From: an uncultured Pseudomonadales bacterium
GTDB taxonomy: Bacteria > Patescibacteriota > Microgenomatia > UBA1400 > CAYXSR01
DNA: 64,000 nucleotides
NCBI GenBank assembly: GCA_964430265.1
Contig: CAYSEI010000005.1
Location: 14,784-78,783, forward strand
Reading direction: 5' to 3'
Below are positions 9,040-20,851 of this stretch, one piece after another. The translations under genes were made by a program, and so were the position numbers. A model generated the notes under the pieces. It did not search any database. It worked only from the letters and a program-made list of their open reading frames with translations, and was not told where the DNA came from. Numbering within the stretch: position 1 is the first letter of the stretch; every line of letters starts with the position of its first letter.

Positions 9040-9955
9040 TTCTTTGATAATTTCTTAAATCAACTTCACAACCATTACTCCAATCGTGATCACAGTTGTC
9101 AAAAGGAACCTCGCATTCACATTCTCCGTCTGCATTCAAATCTGCATTAGGTCCACAAACATCTTTAATACTATATGCTTCACATTGCTGTGTATCTGTA
9201 TTCCAACACAAATTCGGACCACAGTTACAACCTTCTGAAATTACTTGAGCACAAGTCATATCCGGATTTTTTGCATATCCACATCTATCCTTGCATGAAT
9301 TGGGAAAGTCTATTTTCCAACTCCCTCCTCCTTGATCACAAATCTCTTGCGGATCCAAGTTTTGATCTGCAGAGGGAATTTGTACACTATTTGCACTTGA
9401 TAATGACTGGTCTATAACATTACCGCCTGAAGTTCCAGCCAACTGGACTGCAGTTTCTGACAAAGAAATTGAAACATTTGCGTCCCGCGTATTATCCAAA
9501 ACATTAAAAGTGACATCTACAAATTTTTCTGGATCAGCTGAAGAATGGCTGATTGCACTTGCTTCATCAGTTACAAAAAGAAAAATATATTTTCCTGCAT
9601 TACCTGCCAAAGGATGGCTAAGAAAGTTTCCCCGAGATGTATGTCCGCTCTTGCCGGCATATTCAAGAATACTTTCATCCCATTGCAAAACCACAGCTGC
9701 AGAATAATAACTGTCATTGGGATGTGTAGCCAAATTAACTGAAACTTTAACTTGTTCTCCTATTGACGGCAAAGTAGAAGCGCCTGTTTCAACTTCAAAA
9801 TATGCTTGATTTTCTGTTGAAACCGGATATAGCTCGGGGGTTTTGGGAGTTTTTGTTTCTAAAATATTTTTTAAAATTAAAGAAGATGCAAAAACAAGTA
9901 ATAAACTAAAAATTAGAAATAATGTTTTATCGTCTTTTATTAATCTTTTCTGCAT
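9032..9955 (-). CDS. Membrane-anchored cohesin-domain protein with Cys-rich C-terminus
   Basis: TM; SAAVVLQWDESILEY and FVDVTFNV cohesin-like strands; Cys-rich tail. Confidence 0.72.
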   Translation of the reverse strand: MQKRLIKDDKTLFLIFSLLLVFASSLILKNILETKTPKTPELYPVSTENQAYFEVETGASTLPSIGEQVKVSVNLATHPNDSYYSAAVVLQWDESILEYAGKSGHTSRGNFLSHPLAGNAGKYIFLFVTDEASAISHSSADPEKFVDVTFNVLDNTRDANVSISLSETAVQLAGTSGGNVIDQSLSSANSVQIPSADQNLDPQEICDQGGGSWKIDFPNSCKDRCGYAKNPDMTCAQVISEGCNCGPNLCWNTDTQQCEAYSIKDVCGPNADLNADGECECEVPFDNCDHDWSNGCEVDLRNYQRNG

Positions 9956-10013
9956 TTAAATTTTGCCTCTAATATTTCATTATATGTAAATAACAATTTG
10001 CATGCAACTTTCT

Positions 10014-11930
10014 TTATAAACTTGCCCCCCAGCAATCAAAGAGCCCTAATAATTCTTTCATTCCAAAACCATTGCCCCAGTTATTAAAAACTATTAACAA
10101 ATCAGCAATATCAATCACAGAATTTGAATTATCGTAATTAAAAGCAGAACAAATACTTCCTCCACCTGTATATTTCACCCAGTCAATTCTTATATCACAA
10201 TCATCATGGTCATTGCAGATATCAATATATTCAACTTCTGCATTGATAGAAACACCATTAATACCACGCTGGTTCAGGTTATTACCAGCAACCTCCCAAT
10301 ATTCTAACCCCGTCTTTTTAATATACACATCAAGATCATTGCAGCCATTTTTTCCTCCACCTTCACATTTAGTTCCTTCATTATCAGCTAATGATTTTAT
10401 AAAAAAGTCATTGATTCTCATTCCATTGGCATTGAACCTTACACACTGACCAGTTGTTTCACTGTCTCCATCTGAAGTATTATGCTTACATGAACCGCTT
10501 TGATCAATACAGTACAAATCTCCGCCGTTATTGCAGTCTTGTGCAACAGTATTATCATTTCTGCATCCTGTTCCTGTTGCTCCACAATTGAGCTTGCTTA
10601 GTTTTGGGTTTGCACACACTGCATCATTAGGAACAGCGTATGACTCTACTGGGCAAGAATCTCCTTTCCCACCACCACCGCCGCCATCTCCACCGCCACC
10701 ACCAGGAGGACAACATAAATGATTGTCCATGTTATCTCCATCACCCGTACAATATGAATGGTTTTTTCTACAATCATCCCACTCACACCAATCACAATTG
10801 CCAACACACCAGCCCCCATCACACTTTCCGCCACCACCGCCGCCGCCGTCTCCACCACCATTTCCTCCAGTATAAACACATTCACTATAATCAGATTTCC
10901 ACTCATATCCAGCCGGTGGATAAGCCTGACAGTTAACAGCCCCAGAAGTTCCTTCAGTTTTACCACAACCCTCATGGCCAGGACAATGATCAGTCAAACA
11001 CTGGACCGCACAACCACTCTTTTTTGCAGAACCGCAATCAGAATCACTCTGGCATGCATCTCCAGGATCTATTCCACCACCATCCCCACCATCTCCTCCA
11101 TCACCACTATCTCCACCACAAATATTAGCACAACCTTCTGGTTTGTTAGCATCCGTACAATCCCATTCTTGATAACAAACACAGTAATCATACCCACAAT
11201 CTTTACGTGTTTGAGAGCTTATCTTCTGGGCACATTTTTGTCTTGACACATCAAGAAAGAAGTCTTTAGGACTGGTCTTCATACACATGTTTTTTTTAGA
11301 TCCACAAATATCAGCACATGTTGTGTCACCACAAAAATTTTCACAAATACCTGGCAAATTGGAATCATTACAATTCCAATATTTATAACACATTGAATAG
11401 TTAGCATCCATATCCTTACAACTTCCTGAAGGTTTCCAAACAGATTCAATATGCATAATACCACTATGAAACTTGTAACAACCAATAGATTCGTTACTGC
11501 ATCCAATATTATATCCACTTGAACAACTTCTTGTCCCATTATCATCTTCATCCGGGAAACAGCAACCATTACATTCATCTGAAAAATTAATCCATTCTAT
11601 GCACACATGATTATCTGAAGGCTTAGGTTTTGTACACTTATTATCATCTACTAATTTCATCATATACCTACCAATATCTTCTTTGCCATCACATATATTT
11701 GTATTTCTCGAATCTGCCAGCCAACCTGTTGATTTTATCTCGGCTTTACATCCAGGCGAACAATTACCTTGTTGTGTATATACTTCCGGCTGGCGTTTTT
11801 GCATTGAGTCTTGTTGCAAAAAAGTCATTCCCGTACCTACAATTAAAGAAAAAATAATAACATAAGGAATTAACTTGAAGGGAGAGATTAATTTTTTTGA
11901 TTTTTCAATATGAATGTTAACAGGTTTCAT
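10014..11930 (-). CDS. Cys/Gly-rich surface protein with C-terminal dockerin-like module
   Basis: N-terminal TM; many Cys; poly-Gly linkers; C-terminal VIDIADLLIVFNNWG. Confidence 0.8.
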   Translation of the reverse strand: MKPVNIHIEKSKKLISPFKLIPYVIIFSLIVGTGMTFLQQDSMQKRQPEVYTQQGNCSPGCKAEIKSTGWLADSRNTNICDGKEDIGRYMMKLVDDNKCTKPKPSDNHVCIEWINFSDECNGCCFPDEDDNGTRSCSSGYNIGCSNESIGCYKFHSGIMHIESVWKPSGSCKDMDANYSMCYKYWNCNDSNLPGICENFCGDTTCADICGSKKNMCMKTSPKDFFLDVSRQKCAQKISSQTRKDCGYDYCVCYQEWDCTDANKPEGCANICGGDSGDGGDGGDGGGIDPGDACQSDSDCGSAKKSGCAVQCLTDHCPGHEGCGKTEGTSGAVNCQAYPPAGYEWKSDYSECVYTGGNGGGDGGGGGGGKCDGGWCVGNCDWCEWDDCRKNHSYCTGDGDNMDNHLCCPPGGGGGDGGGGGGKGDSCPVESYAVPNDAVCANPKLSKLNCGATGTGCRNDNTVAQDCNNGGDLYCIDQSGSCKHNTSDGDSETTGQCVRFNANGMRINDFFIKSLADNEGTKCEGGGKNGCNDLDVYIKKTGLEYWEVAGNNLNQRGINGVSINAEVEYIDICNDHDDCDIRIDWVKYTGGGSICSAFNYDNSNSVIDIADLLIVFNNWGNGFGMKELLGLFDCWGASL

Positions 11931-11970
11931 TAATATTAAGACTATCTTTTAAAAAAACAAATGTCAAACT

Positions 11971-13389
11971 CTAAATTTGTTTACCCCAGCAATCAAAGAG
12001 CCCCAACAATTCTTGCATTCCAAAATGATTGCCCCAGTTGTTCAAAAGAAATAATAAATCCGAAATGTCTATTACAGAATTTGCATTATCGTAATTAAAA
12101 GCTTTACACCCACTAACACAATTACCATTTTCACAAGTTTCACCATCATTACACAAAGAACCTTCATCAATAACTCCATCACAATCATTATCCTCACCAT
12201 CACAAACTTCATTTTCCACCAAACAGCAAGCACCTTCTAAACAAACCTCACCATCTCCACAAGCCAATATACGTGGATCTGCATCATTACAGTCTTCAGG
12301 TCCACATTCTTCTCCATCTGGTGAATACGCATCTCCATCTTTATCTGTACAACAAATACCAGAAAAACATTGTTCATCTCCATTGCAGCTACCACAATTT
12401 AAAGTTCCGCCACAACCATCAGCAAAAGCTCCACATTCATATCCCAACTCCTGACAAGTATCTGGAATGCAAGTATTACAGCAGCAAGTATAATCAACCC
12501 CAGCTAATTGCGGTGCTTTATAGCAATCCTGTGTATATCCCTGGATAGCAACGCCTCCATTCTCACAAATTTGCGGGTCCATAATTACTTGATATTGATC
12601 ACAATAGCCACCTTCAGTATAGCCTGCTTCAGCACATAACTCTTCACAGCTCTGAGGATATTCTACACAGATGCATCCAGCTTCACAAAATCCTCTCGGA
12701 CATTGTTCTCCACTATCCAGACAACCATACATACATTCTCCTCCTGCACAACTTTCTGTTGTGCAAGGATTATTATCATTACAAGTCCCGCAGTTCAAGG
12801 TTCCCCCGCAGCCATCGCTAGGCTGTCCACACACATAGCCAAGTTCATCACATGTTTTAGGTACACAATCTTCTTTGCCCGTCATTTTAAACCTAGCAGT
12901 CCGTTTCCAGTTTCCACTCGGAAGATTAAAAGCAAAAGAACATCCCTCTCCTGAGTTGACAGTAGTATTGTTTTCAATATCCACTACCCACCATTCACAG
13001 GAATCATAAGTAAGATCAGGATCAAGACTTAAAGTACAGGTTACTTGTCCTGCATCACAATTAAGTTCATTAAAATGTCCGCCAAAATCATCATTTATAT
13101 TTGACCATCTAACATCTCCACAACAAGTAACAGAGATATTTGCCTGCGGAGCGCTTCCTTGTCCATATGGAGTCCAACGCTGGCTTCCCGTATCTTCAGC
13201 CAGAATTACACCATTAAAATAGTTGTAAATTGTTTGCTGATAAATCTCTGGTTCTTGAATTTCATTGATTGCTTCTTTTTTTGATAAAAAACTCATACCA
13301 GTCCCAATAATTACGGAAAAAACAAAAACCATTGCTAAGATTTCTAAAGGAGTGGTTATTTTATCATTATGGTTTTGGACAGATTTCAT
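11971..13389 (-). CDS. Cys-rich surface protein with C-terminal dockerin-like module
   Basis: TM; twice C.P.TC.ELGY.CG...DGCGGTLNCG.C; EVCDGEDNDCDGVIDEG; C-terminus near-identical to that of 10014-11930. Confidence 0.8.
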   Translation of the reverse strand: MKSVQNHNDKITTPLEILAMVFVFSVIIGTGMSFLSKKEAINEIQEPEIYQQTIYNYFNGVILAEDTGSQRWTPYGQGSAPQANISVTCCGDVRWSNINDDFGGHFNELNCDAGQVTCTLSLDPDLTYDSCEWWVVDIENNTTVNSGEGCSFAFNLPSGNWKRTARFKMTGKEDCVPKTCDELGYVCGQPSDGCGGTLNCGTCNDNNPCTTESCAGGECMYGCLDSGEQCPRGFCEAGCICVEYPQSCEELCAEAGYTEGGYCDQYQVIMDPQICENGGVAIQGYTQDCYKAPQLAGVDYTCCCNTCIPDTCQELGYECGAFADGCGGTLNCGSCNGDEQCFSGICCTDKDGDAYSPDGEECGPEDCNDADPRILACGDGEVCLEGACCLVENEVCDGEDNDCDGVIDEGSLCNDGETCENGNCVSGCKAFNYDNANSVIDISDLLFLLNNWGNHFGMQELLGLFDCWGKQI

Positions 13390-13407
13390 TATGTATATGT
13401 AAAAAAA

Positions 13408-14892
13408 TTAAAATTTATCTTTTTGTTCATTAAAAAGAATTTCCTCAAATCCTTTTTTTTCTCTTGTTTTGTGATTACTTATCTTTGTTAAGCTGATTCT
13501 TTTAACTTCATAGGGGTTCATTGTTAAATCTAATTTCCATTCCGAATCAGAAAAATCTTCTATTCTTTCAGAAGGCTGGCTAAAAAGATCCTGCTCAAAA
13601 AACCGGTATTTACCTCCAGCAAGATCTTTAAAAGTCAAACTGAAATTTTCTGTCTGTGGTACATTTTTTGAATAATTACTTAAAATTACAGTTAATGTGC
13701 GGTCATTTTTAACTGCAAATCCCTTGACATTACTACCTTCTCCCGTCAACACAACTCTTTTTCCCTGCAAATCGCTTAACCAGCTGTATATATAGTAGCG
13801 GGGTTTTTCTTTGATCCCTTCAGATTCATGAGTTAAAAGCCCCCAACCTTTGTTCCCCTGTCCTACACCATCTTTTATTTCAAATGTATATGCATACCTT
13901 ACTTTATCCAATAATTTACGTAGTGTATTCACTGCATGCGACGCTGACACCATTTTCGAATAATTTTCATCCTTAGATGAGTTTGGCCCCCATTCCGTAA
14001 TAATTTTTTCAGTTCCTGCAAATTCACTATACTTTTCCTGGCTTGTTAAAACATTAACTTCATAAACGTCCTGCACAAAAACATCCGGGTTGTATGAATA
14101 CCTATGCCAGGAAATAAAATCCAAACGTATACCGTTTTTCAATACATAGTCAAAAAGCATTTTTATCCATGTCGGATCCATCTCCGGAATTGACGGACCG
14201 CCGATTTTAAATTCCTTTACCCCCGCCGCTGCTTGAGCCCCTTTTACAGAGTAAAGATACAATTCCCGGTAGTCTTTTTTTCCAGACATTTTCCATCCGC
14301 CAAATGAATCAAGACTTGGTTCATTCCAAACCTCATAATATATATTATCTACCTGGCGGGAATAATGTTCCACAGTTCTTTTTACCAATCTTTCCCAGTC
14401 TCTCCAGTTATCTGGTTTTCCTGTTTTTGTTTCTGCAATTTCACTTGGCATATATGAAAGAACCAGCATTGGCTTGGCTCCAGAGGATAAAATGTCGTTT
14501 ACTGTTTTGTCTAATTTTCCCCAACTCAGATTTAAAGTTCCATCACTGTTTCTTCCTTGAACTACATTATAATAGTCATCATCATATATATGATCTAAAC
14601 GCACATAATCAGGATTTAACCGCTTTATCTGTGGAACTGCCGCACCAAGCATTTCTTTACCAGGTTCTTCTCCTCCTTGGGCAAAAGCACTCCAAACTTG
14701 ATTAACTGGACCTATCTCCTTGTTAGGCTGCACAACAATAGCCGCAGGATAATATGGAGTTTCAACAAAAATTTGTGGTATTTTTATATTTATCTTTTTT
14801 TCAATCCACCAGATTTCAAAACAAATAAACAGAAAAAACGTTGCTAAAATACCAATTAAAATTTTTTTTATATTGTTTTCTATAAAAGTCAT
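13408..14892 (-). CDS. Membrane-anchored glycoside hydrolase family 39 (beta-xylosidase-like)
   Basis: EVWNEP acid/base motif; LDFISWHRY; ITEWG nucleophile; N-terminal TM. Confidence 0.85.
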   Translation of the reverse strand: MTFIENNIKKILIGILATFFLFICFEIWWIEKKINIKIPQIFVETPYYPAAIVVQPNKEIGPVNQVWSAFAQGGEEPGKEMLGAAVPQIKRLNPDYVRLDHIYDDDYYNVVQGRNSDGTLNLSWGKLDKTVNDILSSGAKPMLVLSYMPSEIAETKTGKPDNWRDWERLVKRTVEHYSRQVDNIYYEVWNEPSLDSFGGWKMSGKKDYRELYLYSVKGAQAAAGVKEFKIGGPSIPEMDPTWIKMLFDYVLKNGIRLDFISWHRYSYNPDVFVQDVYEVNVLTSQEKYSEFAGTEKIITEWGPNSSKDENYSKMVSASHAVNTLRKLLDKVRYAYTFEIKDGVGQGNKGWGLLTHESEGIKEKPRYYIYSWLSDLQGKRVVLTGEGSNVKGFAVKNDRTLTVILSNYSKNVPQTENFSLTFKDLAGGKYRFFEQDLFSQPSERIEDFSDSEWKLDLTMNPYEVKRISLTKISNHKTREKKGFEEILFNEQKDKF

Positions 14893-14896
14893 TTTT

Positions 14897-15460
14897 TTAC
14901 TTATTGAGTATAATATTTGCTCCCTGTATTTCTTCCAAAATATCTGTACCTTCCATTGATATTAAATTAGAGTCAAGCAAGCTTTGCTTATTAAAATCAA
15001 ACTCAATTTCAGCACTGCCCGTACTTATTGGCAAAAAATATATTTCCTTAACCAAAAATTCGTTTTCTTCTTTTCCAGTCAATTGTTTTGAGTATTCAAT
15101 TAGCCCAATCTTCTCATTTACTTGCACATCACTACTAAGCACCTGTAGAAGGTCTGAAGGATAAAATATTTTTAAATCTACTTTTTTTAAAGGTTGATCT
15201 GTCTCTGCATAAAATCCGAGAGAAAATTGTTTTGCAAATCTTGCTTCGGACGGTTCTATTCTTAAACGTCCTCCCTGAGGTAATTTTTCTTGAATATCCT
15301 TTTCATGAATATCTGAAGTTTCTTTTACTGCCTGCTGTGGAAGCTGCTGCGGGGTTCTTTGTTCTTCTAAAACAGGCATCCTAAAGGAAACCCATAAAGA
15401 TTGTACTATTATTAAAACAGAAAATATCCATAAATAATAATCTTTTTTAATTTCAAGCAT
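14897..15460 (-). CDS. Membrane-anchored cohesin-like protein
   Basis: TM; VDLKIFYPSDLLQV and TGSAEIEFDF...DSNL...GTDIL pattern typical of CPR cohesin-like domains. Confidence 0.68.
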   Translation of the reverse strand: MLEIKKDYYLWIFSVLIIVQSLWVSFRMPVLEEQRTPQQLPQQAVKETSDIHEKDIQEKLPQGGRLRIEPSEARFAKQFSLGFYAETDQPLKKVDLKIFYPSDLLQVLSSDVQVNEKIGLIEYSKQLTGKEENEFLVKEIYFLPISTGSAEIEFDFNKQSLLDSNLISMEGTDILEEIQGANIILNK

Positions 15461-15520
15461 TATTTTAATATTAAATCATTTTTGTTTTTTAATCAAAATA
15501 TGATAAAATTATGGATGTTC

Positions 15521-15592
15521 GGGCAGATAGTTCAGTGGTAGAACGCTGTCCTGATAAGACAGAGGTCGGAGGTTCGATCCCTTCTCTGCCCA
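15521..15592 (+). tRNA. tRNA-Ile(GAU), convergent with 16S
   Basis: GGGCAGA...CTGTC-CT-GAT-AA-GACAG...GGTTCGATCC...TCTGCCCA. Confidence 0.96.
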
Positions 15593-15593
15593 C

Positions 15594-15625
15594 AAAAAAA
15601 GACTCCAAATCGGAGTCTTTTTTTT
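15594..15625. terminator. Bidirectional intrinsic terminator between tRNA-Ile and the 16S 3' trailer
   Basis: A7-GACTCC-AAATC-GGAGTC-T8. Confidence 0.85.
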
Positions 15626-15629
15626 ATTA

Positions 15630-15658
15630 GTTGACAATCTCAAAAAGCGGTAGGAAGA
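15630..15658 (-). other. 3' strand of the 16S precursor processing stem (pairs with 17268-17296)
   Basis: GTTGACAATCTCAAAAAGCGGTAGGAAGA is a near-perfect inverted repeat of TCTTCCTACCACTTTTTGAAATTGTCAAC. Confidence 0.8.
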
Positions 15659-15692
15659 AATTTGCTTGTTAAAACAAGCAAAATAAACTCTT

Positions 15693-17203
<1,511 letters not shown>

Positions 17204-17320
17204 ATTTGAGACAAGAATTTTTAAATAACTATAAAAACTCTTGAAAAAATAGAAAGATATTATTTTATCTTCCTACCACTTTTTGAAATTGTCAACGAGC
17301 TAAACGCTTTGAAAAGAGAC

Positions 17321-17346
17321 AAAAAAACCCGCTAAGAGAGGCGGGT
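17321..17346 (-). terminator. Intrinsic-terminator-like hairpin within the 16S leader
   Basis: Minus strand ACCCGC-CTCTCTTA-GCGGGT followed by a T tract. Confidence 0.7.
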
Positions 17347-17409
17347 ATAAATTTCTCTTAGCTAGTAAAGGGTTTTCTACATTAATGTCTCCTTTTTCAA
17401 AGCACCTTT

Positions 17410-17437
17410 ATTTTACCAATTTCTGTATATTAGTCAA
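17410..17437 (-). promoter_or_regulatory. Sigma70 promoter of the 16S unit
   Basis: TTGACT-16 nt-TAAAAT with TG extension; a 16-bp spacer is typical of rrn promoters. Confidence 0.78.
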
Positions 17438-17996
17438 GCCTAAAACTGGCAATTTTACTATGCACAGATCCGCTTGTTAAAGTTTTACTTTTATAAATAT
17501 ATACCTTGTTAACAAATATTTCCGCGCTTAAATCCATTTCTCTCAAAGCTTTTACCTGTCTACCAATCTCTCTTTTATGTGCAGCACGCGCTCTTTTAAC
17601 TCTGCCAATGGTTATGTGCGGACGAAAAGGTCTTTTATCAAACTGAAAGTCTTTTTCATGCAATTCTTTGGCAATGTTTTTCTGCATTTTTGCCAGGCTG
17701 TGCAGATCTCCCTTCAATCCCAGCCACAAAACTTTAGGCCAGTCAAAATCCGGAAAAACCCCTAGCCCTTTTAAAGAAATTTTAAAAGGAGAAAGATTTT
17801 TAATTCCTTTATTAACTGCTTGTTTTAGTTCAGGTAAACGAGGTTTTTTAATGTTGCCAATAAAAACTAGGGTTAAATGCAGCTTTCCTGTTTTAACCCA
17901 TTTAGCTTTCCAATGCTTTTCTTTTAAATCTTCTATTAAAGCTTTAACTTCTTTTCTTGCTGGTTTGGACAAGTCAACAGCAATAAATGTTCTCAT
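17430..17996 (-). CDS. thpR: RNA 2',3'-cyclic phosphodiesterase (2H phosphoesterase)
   Basis: MRTFIAV start; HLTL and HITI 2H motifs. Confidence 0.93.
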   Translation of the reverse strand: MRTFIAVDLSKPARKEVKALIEDLKEKHWKAKWVKTGKLHLTLVFIGNIKKPRLPELKQAVNKGIKNLSPFKISLKGLGVFPDFDWPKVLWLGLKGDLHSLAKMQKNIAKELHEKDFQFDKRPFRPHITIGRVKRARAAHKREIGRQVKALREMDLSAEIFVNKVYIYKSKTLTSGSVHSKIASFRLD

Positions 17997-19495
17997 ATAA
18001 GAGATTTACCTGTCATTTCTTTGGCTTTTTTTAAACCTAAAATATCTAAAATAGTCGGAGCTAAATCTTGTAAACTTCCCTTGTCACGGTTTAGTTTTTT
18101 GTATTTATTACTAATCAAAATAAAAGGAATCGGGTTAGTTGTATGGGCAGTTTTAACATCTCCTGTCTCCGGCTCAAGCATTTCTTCTGCGTTTCCATGA
18201 TCTGCCGTGATTATAATCGAATAGTCATTTTTTAATCCTTCATTAACTATTTTCCCAATTGCCTGATCAACTGTCTCCAATCCTTTGATTGCTGCGTCAA
18301 TATTTCCTGTATGTCCTACCATATCTCCATTACAAAGATTAGTAAATATTATTGGATGCCTTTTCTCTTTAATGTCCTCAATAATTTCTTTAGTGATATC
18401 CGGAGTACGCATTTCCGGCTTTTTGTCATATGTATCAATATCACTAAAAGAATCAAGCATAATCCGGTCCTCACCTTCAAAAGGCGCTTCGCGCTTACAG
18501 TTTAAAAAGAAGGTTAAATGTGCAAATTTTTCTGTCTCAGTAATCCGTAGCTGTTTTAATCCAGCATCAGAAATTAACTCACCTAATGAGTTTTTTACCT
18601 TAACAGGAGGAAAAGCAACTTTCACCTCATAATCAGGACTATAACGTGTCATAGTCACGTATTCTAAATTATCAGGACCTTTCTCCAGAAATCTTTCAGT
18701 TAACTGGCGCGGCCTGTCATTTCTAAAATTAACAAAAACCACCGCATCATCAGAAGAAATTGTTCCTTGTTCACCTTCCTGAACTTCAATTAATGCCGGT
18801 TTGATAAACTCATCTGTAATTCCATTTTTGTATGCTGCATCTACTGCTTGTTCAACAGTCTTATAAACTTTTCCGTTACCTCTAGTCAAAACTTCAAAAC
18901 TTTTGTCAGTTCTTTCCCAGTTTTTGTTTCTGTCCATTGCATAATAACGTCCGGATATTGATGCAATTTTTCCTACACCAATTTCCTTTATTCGCTCTTC
19001 CAATTCTCTGATATATCTTTTGGCACTTTGGGGAGGAACGTCCCTTCCATCAGTAAAAACATGTATATATATATCTTCAATTCCATACATCTTTGCACCC
19101 TTAAGCAATGCATAAACATGCTCCTGGTGAGAATGAACTCCTCCCGGACTAATTAATCCTTTGATGTGCAAAATAGAATTATTTTCTTTAACGTGTTTAA
19201 AAGCAGAAATAATTGCTTTATTGTTAAAAAAAGATTGGTTTTTAATCGACTTGTTTATTCTTACCAAATCCTGGAAAATTACTCTTCCGGCACCAATAGT
19301 CATGTGGTTTACTTCTGAAGTACCCATCTGTCCTTTAGGAAGTCCAACTGCCTCACCGGCAGATTGCAAAACTGCTCGGGGATATTTATGCCACAAATTA
19401 TCAAAATTATACGTTTCTGCTTTTTTTATGGCATTACCAGCTTCATTAGAAGACAAACCCCATCCGTCTAGTATTACACAAACTACTTTACTCAT
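17993..19495 (-). CDS. gpmI: 2,3-bisphosphoglycerate-independent phosphoglycerate mutase
   Basis: ILDGWG, GQMGTSEVNH, GRYYAMDR, DMVGHTG, TADHGNAE. Confidence 0.97.
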   Translation of the reverse strand: MSKVVCVILDGWGLSSNEAGNAIKKAETYNFDNLWHKYPRAVLQSAGEAVGLPKGQMGTSEVNHMTIGAGRVIFQDLVRINKSIKNQSFFNNKAIISAFKHVKENNSILHIKGLISPGGVHSHQEHVYALLKGAKMYGIEDIYIHVFTDGRDVPPQSAKRYIRELEERIKEIGVGKIASISGRYYAMDRNKNWERTDKSFEVLTRGNGKVYKTVEQAVDAAYKNGITDEFIKPALIEVQEGEQGTISSDDAVVFVNFRNDRPRQLTERFLEKGPDNLEYVTMTRYSPDYEVKVAFPPVKVKNSLGELISDAGLKQLRITETEKFAHLTFFLNCKREAPFEGEDRIMLDSFSDIDTYDKKPEMRTPDITKEIIEDIKEKRHPIIFTNLCNGDMVGHTGNIDAAIKGLETVDQAIGKIVNEGLKNDYSIIITADHGNAEEMLEPETGDVKTAHTTNPIPFILISNKYKKLNRDKGSLQDLAPTILDILGLKKAKEMTGKSLI

Positions 19496-19498
19496 TTA

Positions 19499-20851
<1,353 letters not shown>

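Noticed and set aside
10660-11120. CCA/CCG triplet runs as a regulatory microsatellite
   Set aside because: They encode poly-Gly linkers of the 10014-11930 protein.
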